From an uncultured Armatimonadia bacterium (GTDB lineage: Bacteria > Armatimonadota > Zipacnadia > Zipacnadales > VGFC01): a DNA stretch of 64,000 nt. Below, in pieces: positions 44,904-55,569 of this stretch. The position numbers and the translations under genes were made by a program. The notes beneath the pieces were generated by a model, which saw only the letters and a program-made list of their open reading frames with translations, was not told the origin of the DNA and did no database searches. The stretch spans positions 28,335-92,334 of the forward strand of contig CAZKUN010000005.1 of assembly GCA_964555935.1 (NCBI GenBank). The letters are read 5' to 3'. Within the stretch, counting starts at the first letter, position 1. Each line of letters begins with the position of its first letter.

Positions 44904-45988
44904 TAGGTGTTGTCCTTGAGCCACTGGATGGCGTCTTCGGCCTGCTTCTCGCTGGCCGCGTGCGTGCAGTACATGACCTTCTCGGGCTTGAGCTGGCTGT
45001 GGAAGAACGGGATGTCGTCGATGGACGTGTGGATCTCCAGCCCCTTGCCAAGTGACTGGATCTTCTGGAACATCTCGATCCAATTCTTGTGGCCCGGGTT
45101 GCCGGCTCCCGGCACCCAACTGATGACGTCGAGGTCGGGGATGGAGCAGATGTCCTCCAGGTGGACCAACGCCTCCGGCCCGTCGTAGTGGTAGACGGAG
45201 TGATCGAGGAAGCTGGCCTCTTCCTCGAGGGCGGGGATGACCCAGCGCCGGCCCATCTCGGGGGAGAGCAGGCAGATGAAATCGCACTGGATGAAATTCA
45301 TGCGGCCCTCACCGTAAAACGGCGCCCAGCCGAGCGAGCCGTAGCGATCCATCTTCCCGGCGTAGTAGACACCCGAGTAGACCTCGTAGTAGATGGCGCG
45401 GACGTTCATCATCGCCTCGGTGATGAGGTCGGGGCAATCGTACAGATCAAAGCACAGCCGCTCCGGGAGACGCATCGCCGCCAGGGCGTCGAAGTTCGAG
45501 TGCAGGTCGAGGTTGGAGATGAGCACTTGGCCCTCGCAGCGATCGGCGAGGACTCGCACGAACTCGAGCATGCGCCGCCAGAGCGGGTTGTGGGCATCGA
45601 GGCGGATCGGGAGCACGTCCTCCCAGTTCTCGACAATCGGCATCGACCAGCTCGTGCTCGTGCTGTCTGGGGAGTGCTCGAGCGGGACGCCCAGGAATCC
45701 GGAGAACTGGTCCGGGCCGAAGCTCGGGTTGTAGCACGGAACTGCCTCGCCGCCGTAGTACGTTCCCGCAGCGTTCGCCAGCACCATGTCGGCGACGGCG
45801 TCGTATTCGCCATCGGCGCCCGCCATATACGCGGGCCCGGGCTTCTGTTCGGCGCCCTCTTTGGGCGCGCGAACCATGATCGCCGGGCGGTCGATGATCT
45901 CGCCTGCCCAGAAGGCGCGCCAGTATTTCCTGGCCTCCGCGAAGTCCGGCTTGAACTTGAGGCTATCGGGGATCCCAGCAGCTTCCAT
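44903..45988 (-). CDS. hypothetical TIM-barrel-like protein, possibly URO-D/methyltransferase-like
   Basis: The ATG at 45988 follows gggaggg (MEAAGIPDSLKFKPDFAEARKYW...). Size and spacing resemble the neighbouring URO-D-family protein, but the motifs are weak. Confidence 0.4.
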   Translation of the reverse strand: MEAAGIPDSLKFKPDFAEARKYWRAFWAGEIIDRPAIMVRAPKEGAEQKPGPAYMAGADGEYDAVADMVLANAAGTYYGGEAVPCYNPSFGPDQFSGFLGVPLEHSPDSTSTSWSMPIVENWEDVLPIRLDAHNPLWRRMLEFVRVLADRCEGQVLISNLDLHSNFDALAAMRLPERLCFDLYDCPDLITEAMMNVRAIYYEVYSGVYYAGKMDRYGSLGWAPFYGEGRMNFIQCDFICLLSPEMGRRWVIPALEEEASFLDHSVYHYDGPEALVHLEDICSIPDLDVISWVPGAGNPGHKNWIEMFQKIQSLGKGLEIHTSIDDIPFFHSQLKPEKVMYCTHAASEKQAEDAIQWLKDNT

Positions 45989-46194
45989 GTCGCCCTCCCA
46001 GGCTGTGTTTCGGTTCAAGCGCGAGAGTTCGTTGCGCGTGGGCTGCGTGCCTCCTGGGCTGACCGCAAGAACGACGCCGAGTTGGGGACCTCGGACCGCG
46101 CGACGACAACCAAGGGCCGCCGCTTGCATCGTTGCCGAGCGGCCCCTATAATTGGTGGGCCGCCTCCTAATACGATGACAGGTGAGATGCGTCC

Positions 46195-47223
46195 ATGAGC
46201 TACGAACGCGGTTGGGCCGCGATCAACCTTGAGATGCCGGACCAGATCCCGCACACCGAGTACATCAGCCACCGCCGGTTCATCCAGAAAGTCACTGGGA
46301 TCGATCCCGAGGGTGAGGGCGGCGGAGCGTCCGCGCCGGCGTTGGCACGGGCGCTGGACTTCGACCTGATCTGGTCGTGCTACGGGCGCGACTGGGGCAC
46401 GCCTCGCGCCGACATGGGGCGAGCGAAGTTCTACGAGACGGAGACGCCGTGGGAGTCGAACTACGCGCTGAAGACCGTCGAGGATGTGTTGAGCTTCGAT
46501 CCGACCGCATCGGCGAAACTGCCCAGTATGGACGAGCTGACCCAGAGCGTCCGCCAGTCGTATGAGAACGGGCAGAAGACCTACCCGGAGGCGGTGTACC
46601 CCGGAGGGTTCTACAACACCGTCTTCACGTGGCCGATCGTGACCTTCGGCTGGGACCTGTTCATCTTGGCGGCTATGGATGACCCCGAGCGCTTCGACAA
46701 GGTCCTCGAGGGCTTCACTGAGATCAGCATGATGGTCGTCGAGGCGCACGTGAAAGCGGAAGTCCCGGTCTTTCTTTGCCACGACGACATCGTCTGGGCG
46801 TCAGGCACCGTCTTCGCGCCCGAGTGGATGCGCAAGCACGTCTTCCCGCGGCACAAGCGGCTTTGGGCGCCGCTGCTGGAGGCCGGGATCAAGGTGTTGT
46901 TCTGCTCGGACGGAAACTTCGATGAGTACATCGACGACATTGCCGAGGCCGGCGCGGAGGGCTTCATCTTCGAGCCGCTCACAGACCTCGAATACATCGC
47001 CAGGAAGTATGGCCAGACGCACGTGATCGTGGGCAACATCGACTCGCGCATACTTCAGAACGGGACGCCTGAACAGATCCGCGCCGATGTCAAACGGTGC
47101 GCGGACCTGGGGCGCGACTGCCCCGGCTTCTTCTTCGCCGTGGGCAATCACATCCCGTTCGTCGTTCCCATTCCGAGCGTCGAGTGCTACCTCGAAGCCA
47201 TCGACGAGATGGGGCGGCGCTAG
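46195..47223 (+). CDS. uroporphyrinogen-decarboxylase (URO-D)-family protein
   Basis: FLCHDDIVWASG...FCSDGNFDEYIDDIAEAGAEGFIFEP...GNIDSRILQNGTPEQIRADVKRC is typical of URO-D/MtaA-like barrels found outside haem operons. Confidence 0.6.
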   Translation: MSYERGWAAINLEMPDQIPHTEYISHRRFIQKVTGIDPEGEGGGASAPALARALDFDLIWSCYGRDWGTPRADMGRAKFYETETPWESNYALKTVEDVLSFDPTASAKLPSMDELTQSVRQSYENGQKTYPEAVYPGGFYNTVFTWPIVTFGWDLFILAAMDDPERFDKVLEGFTEISMMVVEAHVKAEVPVFLCHDDIVWASGTVFAPEWMRKHVFPRHKRLWAPLLEAGIKVLFCSDGNFDEYIDDIAEAGAEGFIFEPLTDLEYIARKYGQTHVIVGNIDSRILQNGTPEQIRADVKRCADLGRDCPGFFFAVGNHIPFVVPIPSVECYLEAIDEMGRR

Positions 47224-47260
47224 CCGCGTCTCGCCTAGTCTAGGAAGGTATAAGCCCATT

Positions 47261-49753
<2,493 letters not shown>

Positions 49754-49766
49754 AGGGGGCGGGCCA

Positions 49767-50009
49767 TTGGACCACGTAGCCGTCGTGGAGATCGTCACCA
49801 ACAAAGTCGCCCAGCGTCTCAACCGTCGGCCCGAAGAGGTCAAGCCCGAGTGCAGCTTCTACGAGGATCTGCAGGCAGACCCGTTGGAGCTGACGGAGGT
49901 CATCATGGCCCTCCAAGAGGAGTTTGGCATCCGGGCCGAGTGCGAGGTGAGCGACGTCCGGACCGTTGCCGACGCGATCCGCTACGTTGAGACGCGACTT
50001 TACGAATAG
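49767..50009 (+). CDS. acyl-carrier-protein homologue lacking the conserved Ser
   Basis: It aligns by eye with AcpP (SFYEDLQADPLELTEVIMALQEEFGI vs [26 protein letters not shown]). The DSL serine is replaced by Pro (codon CCG). The start codon is TTG. Confidence 0.6.
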   Translation: MDHVAVVEIVTNKVAQRLNRRPEEVKPECSFYEDLQADPLELTEVIMALQEEFGIRAECEVSDVRTVADAIRYVETRLYE

Positions 50010-50064
50010 CCGTCTTCCCCCGGTATCGCCTCAAAACTCCATCCCCCCAACCGGAGCCACCAGC

Positions 50065-51534
50065 ATGAGTCTCCCCTCGTCTCGCCCGCCCAATGTCATC
50101 TCCATCATGGCCGACGATATCGGGATCGGCGACTTCGGATGCTACAACTCCGAGTCGCGCGTCCCGACGCCAAGCATCGACCGGCTTGCGGCGGAAGGCG
50201 TGCGGTTCACGGACGCGCACTCAGCGTCGGCCGTGTGCACGCCGTCTCGATACGGCGTGCTGACGGGCCGGTACTGCTGGCGATCTCAACTCGAGTACAG
50301 CGTCCTGTTTGGGTACGAGCCGCCGCTGATCGAGCCGGCTCGGATTACGGTTGCGAGCCTGCTGAAACAGGCGGGTTACTCGACGGCCTGCATCGGGAAG
50401 TGGCACCTGGGCTTGGGCTACTCCGCAAAGCCCGGCGAGGATGTCGACTTCACCGCGCCGCTGCCGTGGCCGAGCCAGACGGCGCGGGAGTTTGAGGAGA
50501 AGATAGACCTCACGCAACCCGTCACCGGCGGGCCGACCGAACTCGGCTTCGACTACTTCTACGGCACGTCCGGGTGTCCGACATGCCAGCCCCCGTATGG
50601 CTTCATTGAGAACGATCGCTTCGTCATCACCCCGACGGAGTACCGCGAGACGCAACCGTTTGCCGGCCGCTCCGGCTACCACGCGCCCGGCTGGGAGCAC
50701 AGGGACGCCGACCCGAAGATCGCGGCGAAGGCGGTGGAGTGGATTGAGGGGCAGGCGGATTCAGACGAGCCGTTCTTCCTCTACCTCGCGTCGGATGCGG
50801 CGCATGAGCCATGTGTCGAAGAGGTCGTGCCGGAGTTCGCGCGAGGCCAAAGCGACGCCGGCCACCGAGGCGATCTCGTCTGGCTGTATGACTGGATGGT
50901 CGGCGAGGTGATGCATGCGCTCGACCGAACGGGTCAGGCCGACAACACGCTGGTCATGGTCACGAGCGACAACGGCGCGCTTCCCGGCGATCGGTTTGGC
51001 GATGGGGCGGGCGACTTCGCGGGCTACCATACGTATGGGCACAGGTCGTGCGGCGACTGGCGCGGGTACAAAGCACACATCTGGGAGGGCGGGCATCGCG
51101 AGCCGCTCATCGCGCGCTGGCCCGGACAGATCGAGGCGGGCTCAACGTGCGACGAGTTGGTGGCGTTGAATGATCTCATGGCCACGTGCGCGGCGGCCAC
51201 CGATCAGGAGCTGCCTCCCGACGCGGGACCTGACAGCGTCAACATATTGCCAGCGCTGCTCGGCGAGACAACTCACGAGCCGCTGCGCGAGAGCCTCGTC
51301 CACCACTCCGGACAGGGGGTCTTCTCGTTGCGCGCTGGCCGATGGAAGCTCATCCACGAGAGTCTCGGCTCGGGCGGATGGCCGCCACCGACGGGCGAGC
51401 GACCCGTGCCCGGCGGACCGGGCCAACTCTACGATCTGAGCGAGGATCCAGCGGAGGGGACGAACCTCTGGCATGAGCGGCAAGACATCGTGAGGGGGCT
51501 GCGCGCGCACCTGGATGAGTTAAGGGCGCGATGA
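50065..51534 (+). CDS. arylsulfatase (formylglycine-type)
   Basis: PPNVISIMADDIG and the canonical CTPSRYGVLTGRY signature, plus SDNG and GGHREP blocks. The ATG at 50065 is preferred. Confidence 0.85.
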   Translation: MSLPSSRPPNVISIMADDIGIGDFGCYNSESRVPTPSIDRLAAEGVRFTDAHSASAVCTPSRYGVLTGRYCWRSQLEYSVLFGYEPPLIEPARITVASLLKQAGYSTACIGKWHLGLGYSAKPGEDVDFTAPLPWPSQTAREFEEKIDLTQPVTGGPTELGFDYFYGTSGCPTCQPPYGFIENDRFVITPTEYRETQPFAGRSGYHAPGWEHRDADPKIAAKAVEWIEGQADSDEPFFLYLASDAAHEPCVEEVVPEFARGQSDAGHRGDLVWLYDWMVGEVMHALDRTGQADNTLVMVTSDNGALPGDRFGDGAGDFAGYHTYGHRSCGDWRGYKAHIWEGGHREPLIARWPGQIEAGSTCDELVALNDLMATCAAATDQELPPDAGPDSVNILPALLGETTHEPLRESLVHHSGQGVFSLRAGRWKLIHESLGSGGWPPPTGERPVPGGPGQLYDLSEDPAEGTNLWHERQDIVRGLRAHLDELRAR

Positions 51535-51544
51535 GGAGTGAGCG

Positions 51545-52498
51545 CTACTGCTCCGGTGAGGGTTCGGGCGGAGTCTCATCTTCCTCGGGTGGCTTCTCGT
51601 CTTCGTCAGGAGTCTCCGGCGCGGGTTCGTCGGTTGTCTCGTCGTCTTTCTTCGGCTTGTTGAAGATGCCGGTGAAGCCGCCCGTGGCCTCCAGACGTTC
51701 GTCCTCGATGTGGATGACGACGGTGGGCGCTTCGCCCGAGTCACCGTTGTCCTGCGTGAACTCGACCGGATCTCCGGTTAGGGTCAGCGTGTCTTCTTCT
51801 TTGAGGTGGACGGCTTTGTCGGCATAGACGGTCTTGTCTTCCTGCACCGCCACCACGTTGCCCTCGGCAACCGCGCGGCCTTCCTCATACCAGCTCGTGA
51901 GCTTCTCGCAAGTCACGACCGTCTTCTTCTCCGCGGCCTCGGCCTTCCTGTCCTTCTCCTCGGTCTCCACCGGCTCGGCGTCGGCGCCTTCCTGGGCGTC
52001 GTCCTTCGTCTTCTGATACACCATCCGGACGTTGCCGGTGACGACAGCCTTTTCCTCATCGAAGTCCGCGGTCAGGAGGTCGCCCGTGACGGTCGTGTCG
52101 GGTTGCTCCATCAGCAGGTTGCCCACGCAACGGGCCGTGTCGTCGCCGGCGTTGTAGACGCACTCGTCGCAGTAGAGTTCTGCGTCCTTGTGGCGGATAT
52201 GCACGTTCCCGTTGAGGTAGTAGAGCCCCTTGTCCTGGTTCTCCGGGTCTTCCGGGTCCGGCTCGCGGCGGGCGTGGTCGGCCCATTCGATGTAGATCGG
52301 CTCGTCGTCTTCCTCATCTTCCGTCGCCGGGGCATCGTCGGCAGCGGGAGCCTCTTCGGTCGCCTTAATATCGGGGGGAGGATCGTCGACGGGCGTATCG
52401 CCATCTTGCGCCGCCGAGATAGCGAGGCAAAGCAAGGCGGCCAGCGCCGCCGCCAGCACCCAAAAACCGAACGTCTTCCGCTGCGCTCTGTCCCCCAT
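51545..52498 (-). CDS. OstA/LptA-like periplasmic protein with acidic low-complexity tails
   Basis: Signal peptide and repeated LptA-style strands (LNGNVHIRHKDAELYCDECVY..., VTGNVRMVYQ, AEGNVVAVQEDKTVYADKAVHL). The N- and C-terminal tails are Asp/Glu/Pro-rich. It starts 2 nt after the LptC-like stop. Confidence 0.55.
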   Translation of the reverse strand: MGDRAQRKTFGFWVLAAALAALLCLAISAAQDGDTPVDDPPPDIKATEEAPAADDAPATEDEEDDEPIYIEWADHARREPDPEDPENQDKGLYYLNGNVHIRHKDAELYCDECVYNAGDDTARCVGNLLMEQPDTTVTGDLLTADFDEEKAVVTGNVRMVYQKTKDDAQEGADAEPVETEEKDRKAEAAEKKTVVTCEKLTSWYEEGRAVAEGNVVAVQEDKTVYADKAVHLKEEDTLTLTGDPVEFTQDNGDSGEAPTVVIHIEDERLEATGGFTGIFNKPKKDDETTDEPAPETPDEDEKPPEEDETPPEPSPEQ

Positions 52499-52500
52499 CG

Positions 52501-53205
52501 CTATCGTCCGGTCCTCTCCTGAGCCTCGGCAACGTCGACCACCATCTGAACGTCATCGAGCGTGAACGCGCCGGTGTCGAGCGGGTACTTCAGGTTCTTG
52601 CCGATGCAATCGCTCCGGCCGGTGTCCATCCGCACTTGGTTTGGCGCGTAGACGGTCTGCGTGTCGGTATCGAACTTCATCCCCGCAGTCGTCACGGTCA
52701 CCCTGTCCTTCGTCCGAAGCACGACGCGCCCTGGCGTCGTCAACATCCGCGACCTGTTGTCCCAATGGATCTTGTCCGTCGTGATGATCGCGCCCTTCGG
52801 CGAAACCACGCGGACGCGCCCCTTCATATCAAAGTCATAAGACACCGTATCGTAGTTGACGTGTTCAGCCGTGACGCGCACGGCGGGCTTTCCGTCCCTG
52901 CCGTAGATGAGCCCTTCCTTCAGGCGGGTCGCGCTGATCGCCTTGCCGCCTGTCTCCACCGCCAGGTTGCTCAACCGCACCTTCCAAGCCGGGCGTCCCC
53001 GCTCGCTATGTTGGAGCGTGAAGTCTTCAATCGCGAGCATCGGCCGAGGCTCGGGGGCGGCGCCAATCTCACCATTGCCGCCGTTGGCGTGGTCACCGTT
53101 GCCATTCGCCGTGGCCGCTTCTCGACGCACGTAGATAGCCGCAAGCACGATTGTGCCCACGAGGATGATGGCAATGATCGTTGCGGCGAGCGCCCTGGTC
53201 GACAT
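52501..53205 (-). CDS. LptC-like membrane-anchored OstA-fold protein
   Basis: Single N-terminal TM (ALAATIIAIILVGTIVLAAIYV), then a beta-jellyroll-like repeat pattern (VRVTAEHVNYD..., GRVRVVSPKGAIITTDKIHWD..., VVLRTKDRVTVTTAGMKFD). Confidence 0.5.
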   Translation of the reverse strand: MSTRALAATIIAIILVGTIVLAAIYVRREAATANGNGDHANGGNGEIGAAPEPRPMLAIEDFTLQHSERGRPAWKVRLSNLAVETGGKAISATRLKEGLIYGRDGKPAVRVTAEHVNYDTVSYDFDMKGRVRVVSPKGAIITTDKIHWDNRSRMLTTPGRVVLRTKDRVTVTTAGMKFDTDTQTVYAPNQVRMDTGRSDCIGKNLKYPLDTGAFTLDDVQMVVDVAEAQERTGR

Positions 53206-53266
53206 GGTGCGTGGTTCTCTTCCCACTTAGACAACGCGCGGAGCGGGCCGCCAGGTCCCCTGCGGC

Positions 53267-53893
53267 CTAGATCGGCGGCGGCGGCGGGCCGAAGGAGAGA
53301 AACAGCGTGCCAATGTTGAGAATCTGACCAGCCGCAACCGTGCCGGGATGCCATGCTGTTGCGCCCGTGGACGGGTCCTGAGCCGTAACCTGGACAGCGC
53401 CGACGTTCACGTTGTAGAGGGTGAACCGGCCCGTGCCGTCACTGCGCGTCTTGGCCGTGCTCCCTCCGCCTCCGACGTTTGCGCCGTCGACCGCCGCGCC
53501 ACTCGCAAGCGCGACCGTTCCGGTGATGTGCCCTCGTCCGCCATTGCGCGTCGGCGGGAGATAGACCGTGCCCGCCTGATTCTGGCCGCCAACGACGTTC
53601 AGCGGCACGTCAACGCGCTCGTGACCCGCCGCGGTGACCGTCAGCGTCTGCGCGCCCTGGCCCACGCCGGTCAGCGTGAACTGGCCCGTCGTCCCCGTCG
53701 TCGTCGTAACGCTGCCCGCCGTGACGGTGGCGCCGGTAACGAGCAGCATGCTTCCGTCATCCAACACCACTCCAAGGATGGTTGTCCCGCCACCACCACC
53801 ACCGCCTCCGCCACCAAGTCCACCGCCGCCCCCACAACCCGTAAGCGTGATGGCCGCGGCAAGCAGCAAGGTGGCTGCAATTCGTGCTCTCAT
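53267..53893 (-). CDS. lipoprotein: poly-Gly linker, two CarboxypepD_reg-like domains, poly-Pro C-terminus
   Basis: The ATG at 53893 gives MRARIAATLLLAAAITLTGC (lipobox). Then come GGGGGLGGGGGGGGGG and beta-sandwich repeats (TGQFTLTGVGQGAQTLTVTA; GRFTLYNVNVGAVQVTA). The protein ends ...LSFGPPPPPI. Confidence 0.65.
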   Translation of the reverse strand: MRARIAATLLLAAAITLTGCGGGGGLGGGGGGGGGGTTILGVVLDDGSMLLVTGATVTAGSVTTTTGTTGQFTLTGVGQGAQTLTVTAAGHERVDVPLNVVGGQNQAGTVYLPPTRNGGRGHITGTVALASGAAVDGANVGGGGSTAKTRSDGTGRFTLYNVNVGAVQVTAQDPSTGATAWHPGTVAAGQILNIGTLFLSFGPPPPPI

Positions 53894-53966
53894 GGTCAAC
53901 CTTCTCTCATTCAGCGCGCCCAAAACGCCGGCGCTATGGTCTGGGAACGTTGTCTCACCCTCGTCT

Positions 53967-54326
53967 TCAGCCGCTCAGCCCATAGTAATACCCGATCCGC
54001 ATGACGGCAGTGGCGGGGACTGGCTTGCGCGTGACGATCCGACCGATCTGCCGGACCGAGTCCATCTCGATCCCCTCGCGCCATTCTGTCCCGTCCACAG
54101 TCACTACGAGCGCCTGCCGGACGATCTGCGTCTGGCCGTCAATAATCGCCGTCGAGCCGTCGGTCAGGATTGGGCTGAAGCGCACGTCGAACGGTCCGGT
54201 CGTGCCGGCGCCGGTGAACACGTCTTCCTGGAAGCGGGCGGTGTCGACAGCCGCGCCCCCTCCCCCGCACCCCAACGCTACGACTGCAAGAGACAGCAAG
54301 ACCACACCCAGCACTAGTAGTCTCAT
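53967..54326 (-). CDS. small lipoprotein, paralogue of an internal segment of the 1191-aa envelope protein
   Basis: The ATG at 54326 follows gaggtgg. It has a lipobox (VVALGC). The mature part (ARFQEDVFTGAGTTGPFDVRFSPILTDG...ATAVMRIGYYY) matches residues of 58610..62185 almost position for position. Confidence 0.65.
   Translation of the reverse strand: MRLLVLGVVLLSLAVVALGCGGGGAAVDTARFQEDVFTGAGTTGPFDVRFSPILTDGSTAIIDGQTQIVRQALVVTVDGTEWREGIEMDSVRQIGRIVTRKPVPATAVMRIGYYYGLSG
53981..54243. repeat. dispersed coding repeat, copy A (~263 bp)
   Basis: Aligns without gaps to 61057..61319. It includes an identical 26-nt run, attgggctgaagcgcacgtcgaacgg. Confidence 0.8.
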
Positions 54327-54360
54327 CTTCGCCCACCTCGCCCTTGCCACGCGCCGGAAC

Positions 54361-55545
54361 TTATGGCGCTGTGATCTGGAAATCCACGCCTGTCAACGCC
54401 CGGCCCGCACCACCGAGTGTCACCGTCTTGGCGATGCTGACCGTCTGGAAGCTGACTTCGATCCGATATTGGCCCGGCGGCACGAAGAGTCCATAGTTCC
54501 CGTCCGCGTCCGTGACTACCTCGTCGGTCGTCTGACCGGTAGCCACGAGAATCGCCTTGACGGTCGCGCCGCTGCTGTCCACTTTGTTCAGGATCGTCAC
54601 CTTGCCACTGATGGTCGCCGGCCCTCCGGGCGGCCCCGCCTGGGTCGGCGCAAGCTCAAACTGCAGTTCCGGAAGCCCCGGCAGGACGGTGATATTTCGA
54701 ACGATCGGATCGTAGCCCGGAGCGCTGACATTGACGATCTGATCGCCCACGGGCACGTCAATCAGCTCAAACGTGCCGTCGGCGCCGCTCTGGACGAGGG
54801 CCTCGGCTCCGACCTCCACGGTCGCGTCCTGAATGGGGGCGCGAGTGATGAGATCTATCACGCGCCCGCGAACCGTGGCCTTACTCGTCGTCGCGACGAG
54901 CTGGTAGTCCTCGACAGTGCCGGCCCCGCTCGAATCCTGGATCGAAAGGAAGCTGCGGGTCGTGCTGAGGAAGCCATCCGCGGAGACGACGGCAATCGTG
55001 TTGCCGGTGGGTGTCCCACCGATCGCGTACTGCCCGTCTTTGTCGGTTGCGCCCTCCACGGCGATCGGCGTTCCGGCGACATCGGGCTTGAGATTCAGGC
55101 GGACGTTGGCAATGCCCGTGCCGTCATCAGCGTTCGTAACCGTCCCAGTGACGCTACCCGTCAGATCGAGATCCGCCGCGTCAAGCTCGACCTCCACATC
55201 GGTCGGGCCGCTGACGTTCAGCGTGAGCTGCAGGAGGCGCGTGACGAACCCGCGGGCCGTGACAGTGAGCGGCTGGACAGGCTGGTTGGGCGATGTGAAG
55301 TCACCAAAGGGCACGTCCGGAATCGTGATCGTCTGCTCGCCGGCAGCGATGGTCGCCCGCTCGCCACCGACAATGACGATGACCTCGACCCCGGTGGCCG
55401 CGAGCGTGTCGGCGCTGACGACGGTAACCACCACCGTGCCTGTCGACGATGATCCCGTGCCCGGCGCGGTGACGCGGATCGAACTCGCGCTGCAGCCGAC
55501 GAGCACGGCCGTGGCCAGGGACGCTACGACCCAGATTGCCCTCAT
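54361..55545 (-). CDS. lipoprotein built from ~4 CarboxypepD_reg-like beta-sandwich repeats
   Basis: The ATG at 55545 follows gaggagcgg. It has a lipobox (AVLVGC). Repeats: VTGTVTNADDGTGIANVRLNL, VRGRVIDLITRAPIQDATVEV, ISGKVTILNK... Confidence 0.65.
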   Translation of the reverse strand: MRAIWVVASLATAVLVGCSASSIRVTAPGTGSSSTGTVVVTVVSADTLAATGVEVIVIVGGERATIAAGEQTITIPDVPFGDFTSPNQPVQPLTVTARGFVTRLLQLTLNVSGPTDVEVELDAADLDLTGSVTGTVTNADDGTGIANVRLNLKPDVAGTPIAVEGATDKDGQYAIGGTPTGNTIAVVSADGFLSTTRSFLSIQDSSGAGTVEDYQLVATTSKATVRGRVIDLITRAPIQDATVEVGAEALVQSGADGTFELIDVPVGDQIVNVSAPGYDPIVRNITVLPGLPELQFELAPTQAGPPGGPATISGKVTILNKVDSSGATVKAILVATGQTTDEVVTDADGNYGLFVPPGQYRIEVSFQTVSIAKTVTLGGAGRALTGVDFQITAP

Positions 55546-55569
55546 ACTTCCGCTCCTCACCAGTGGCTC

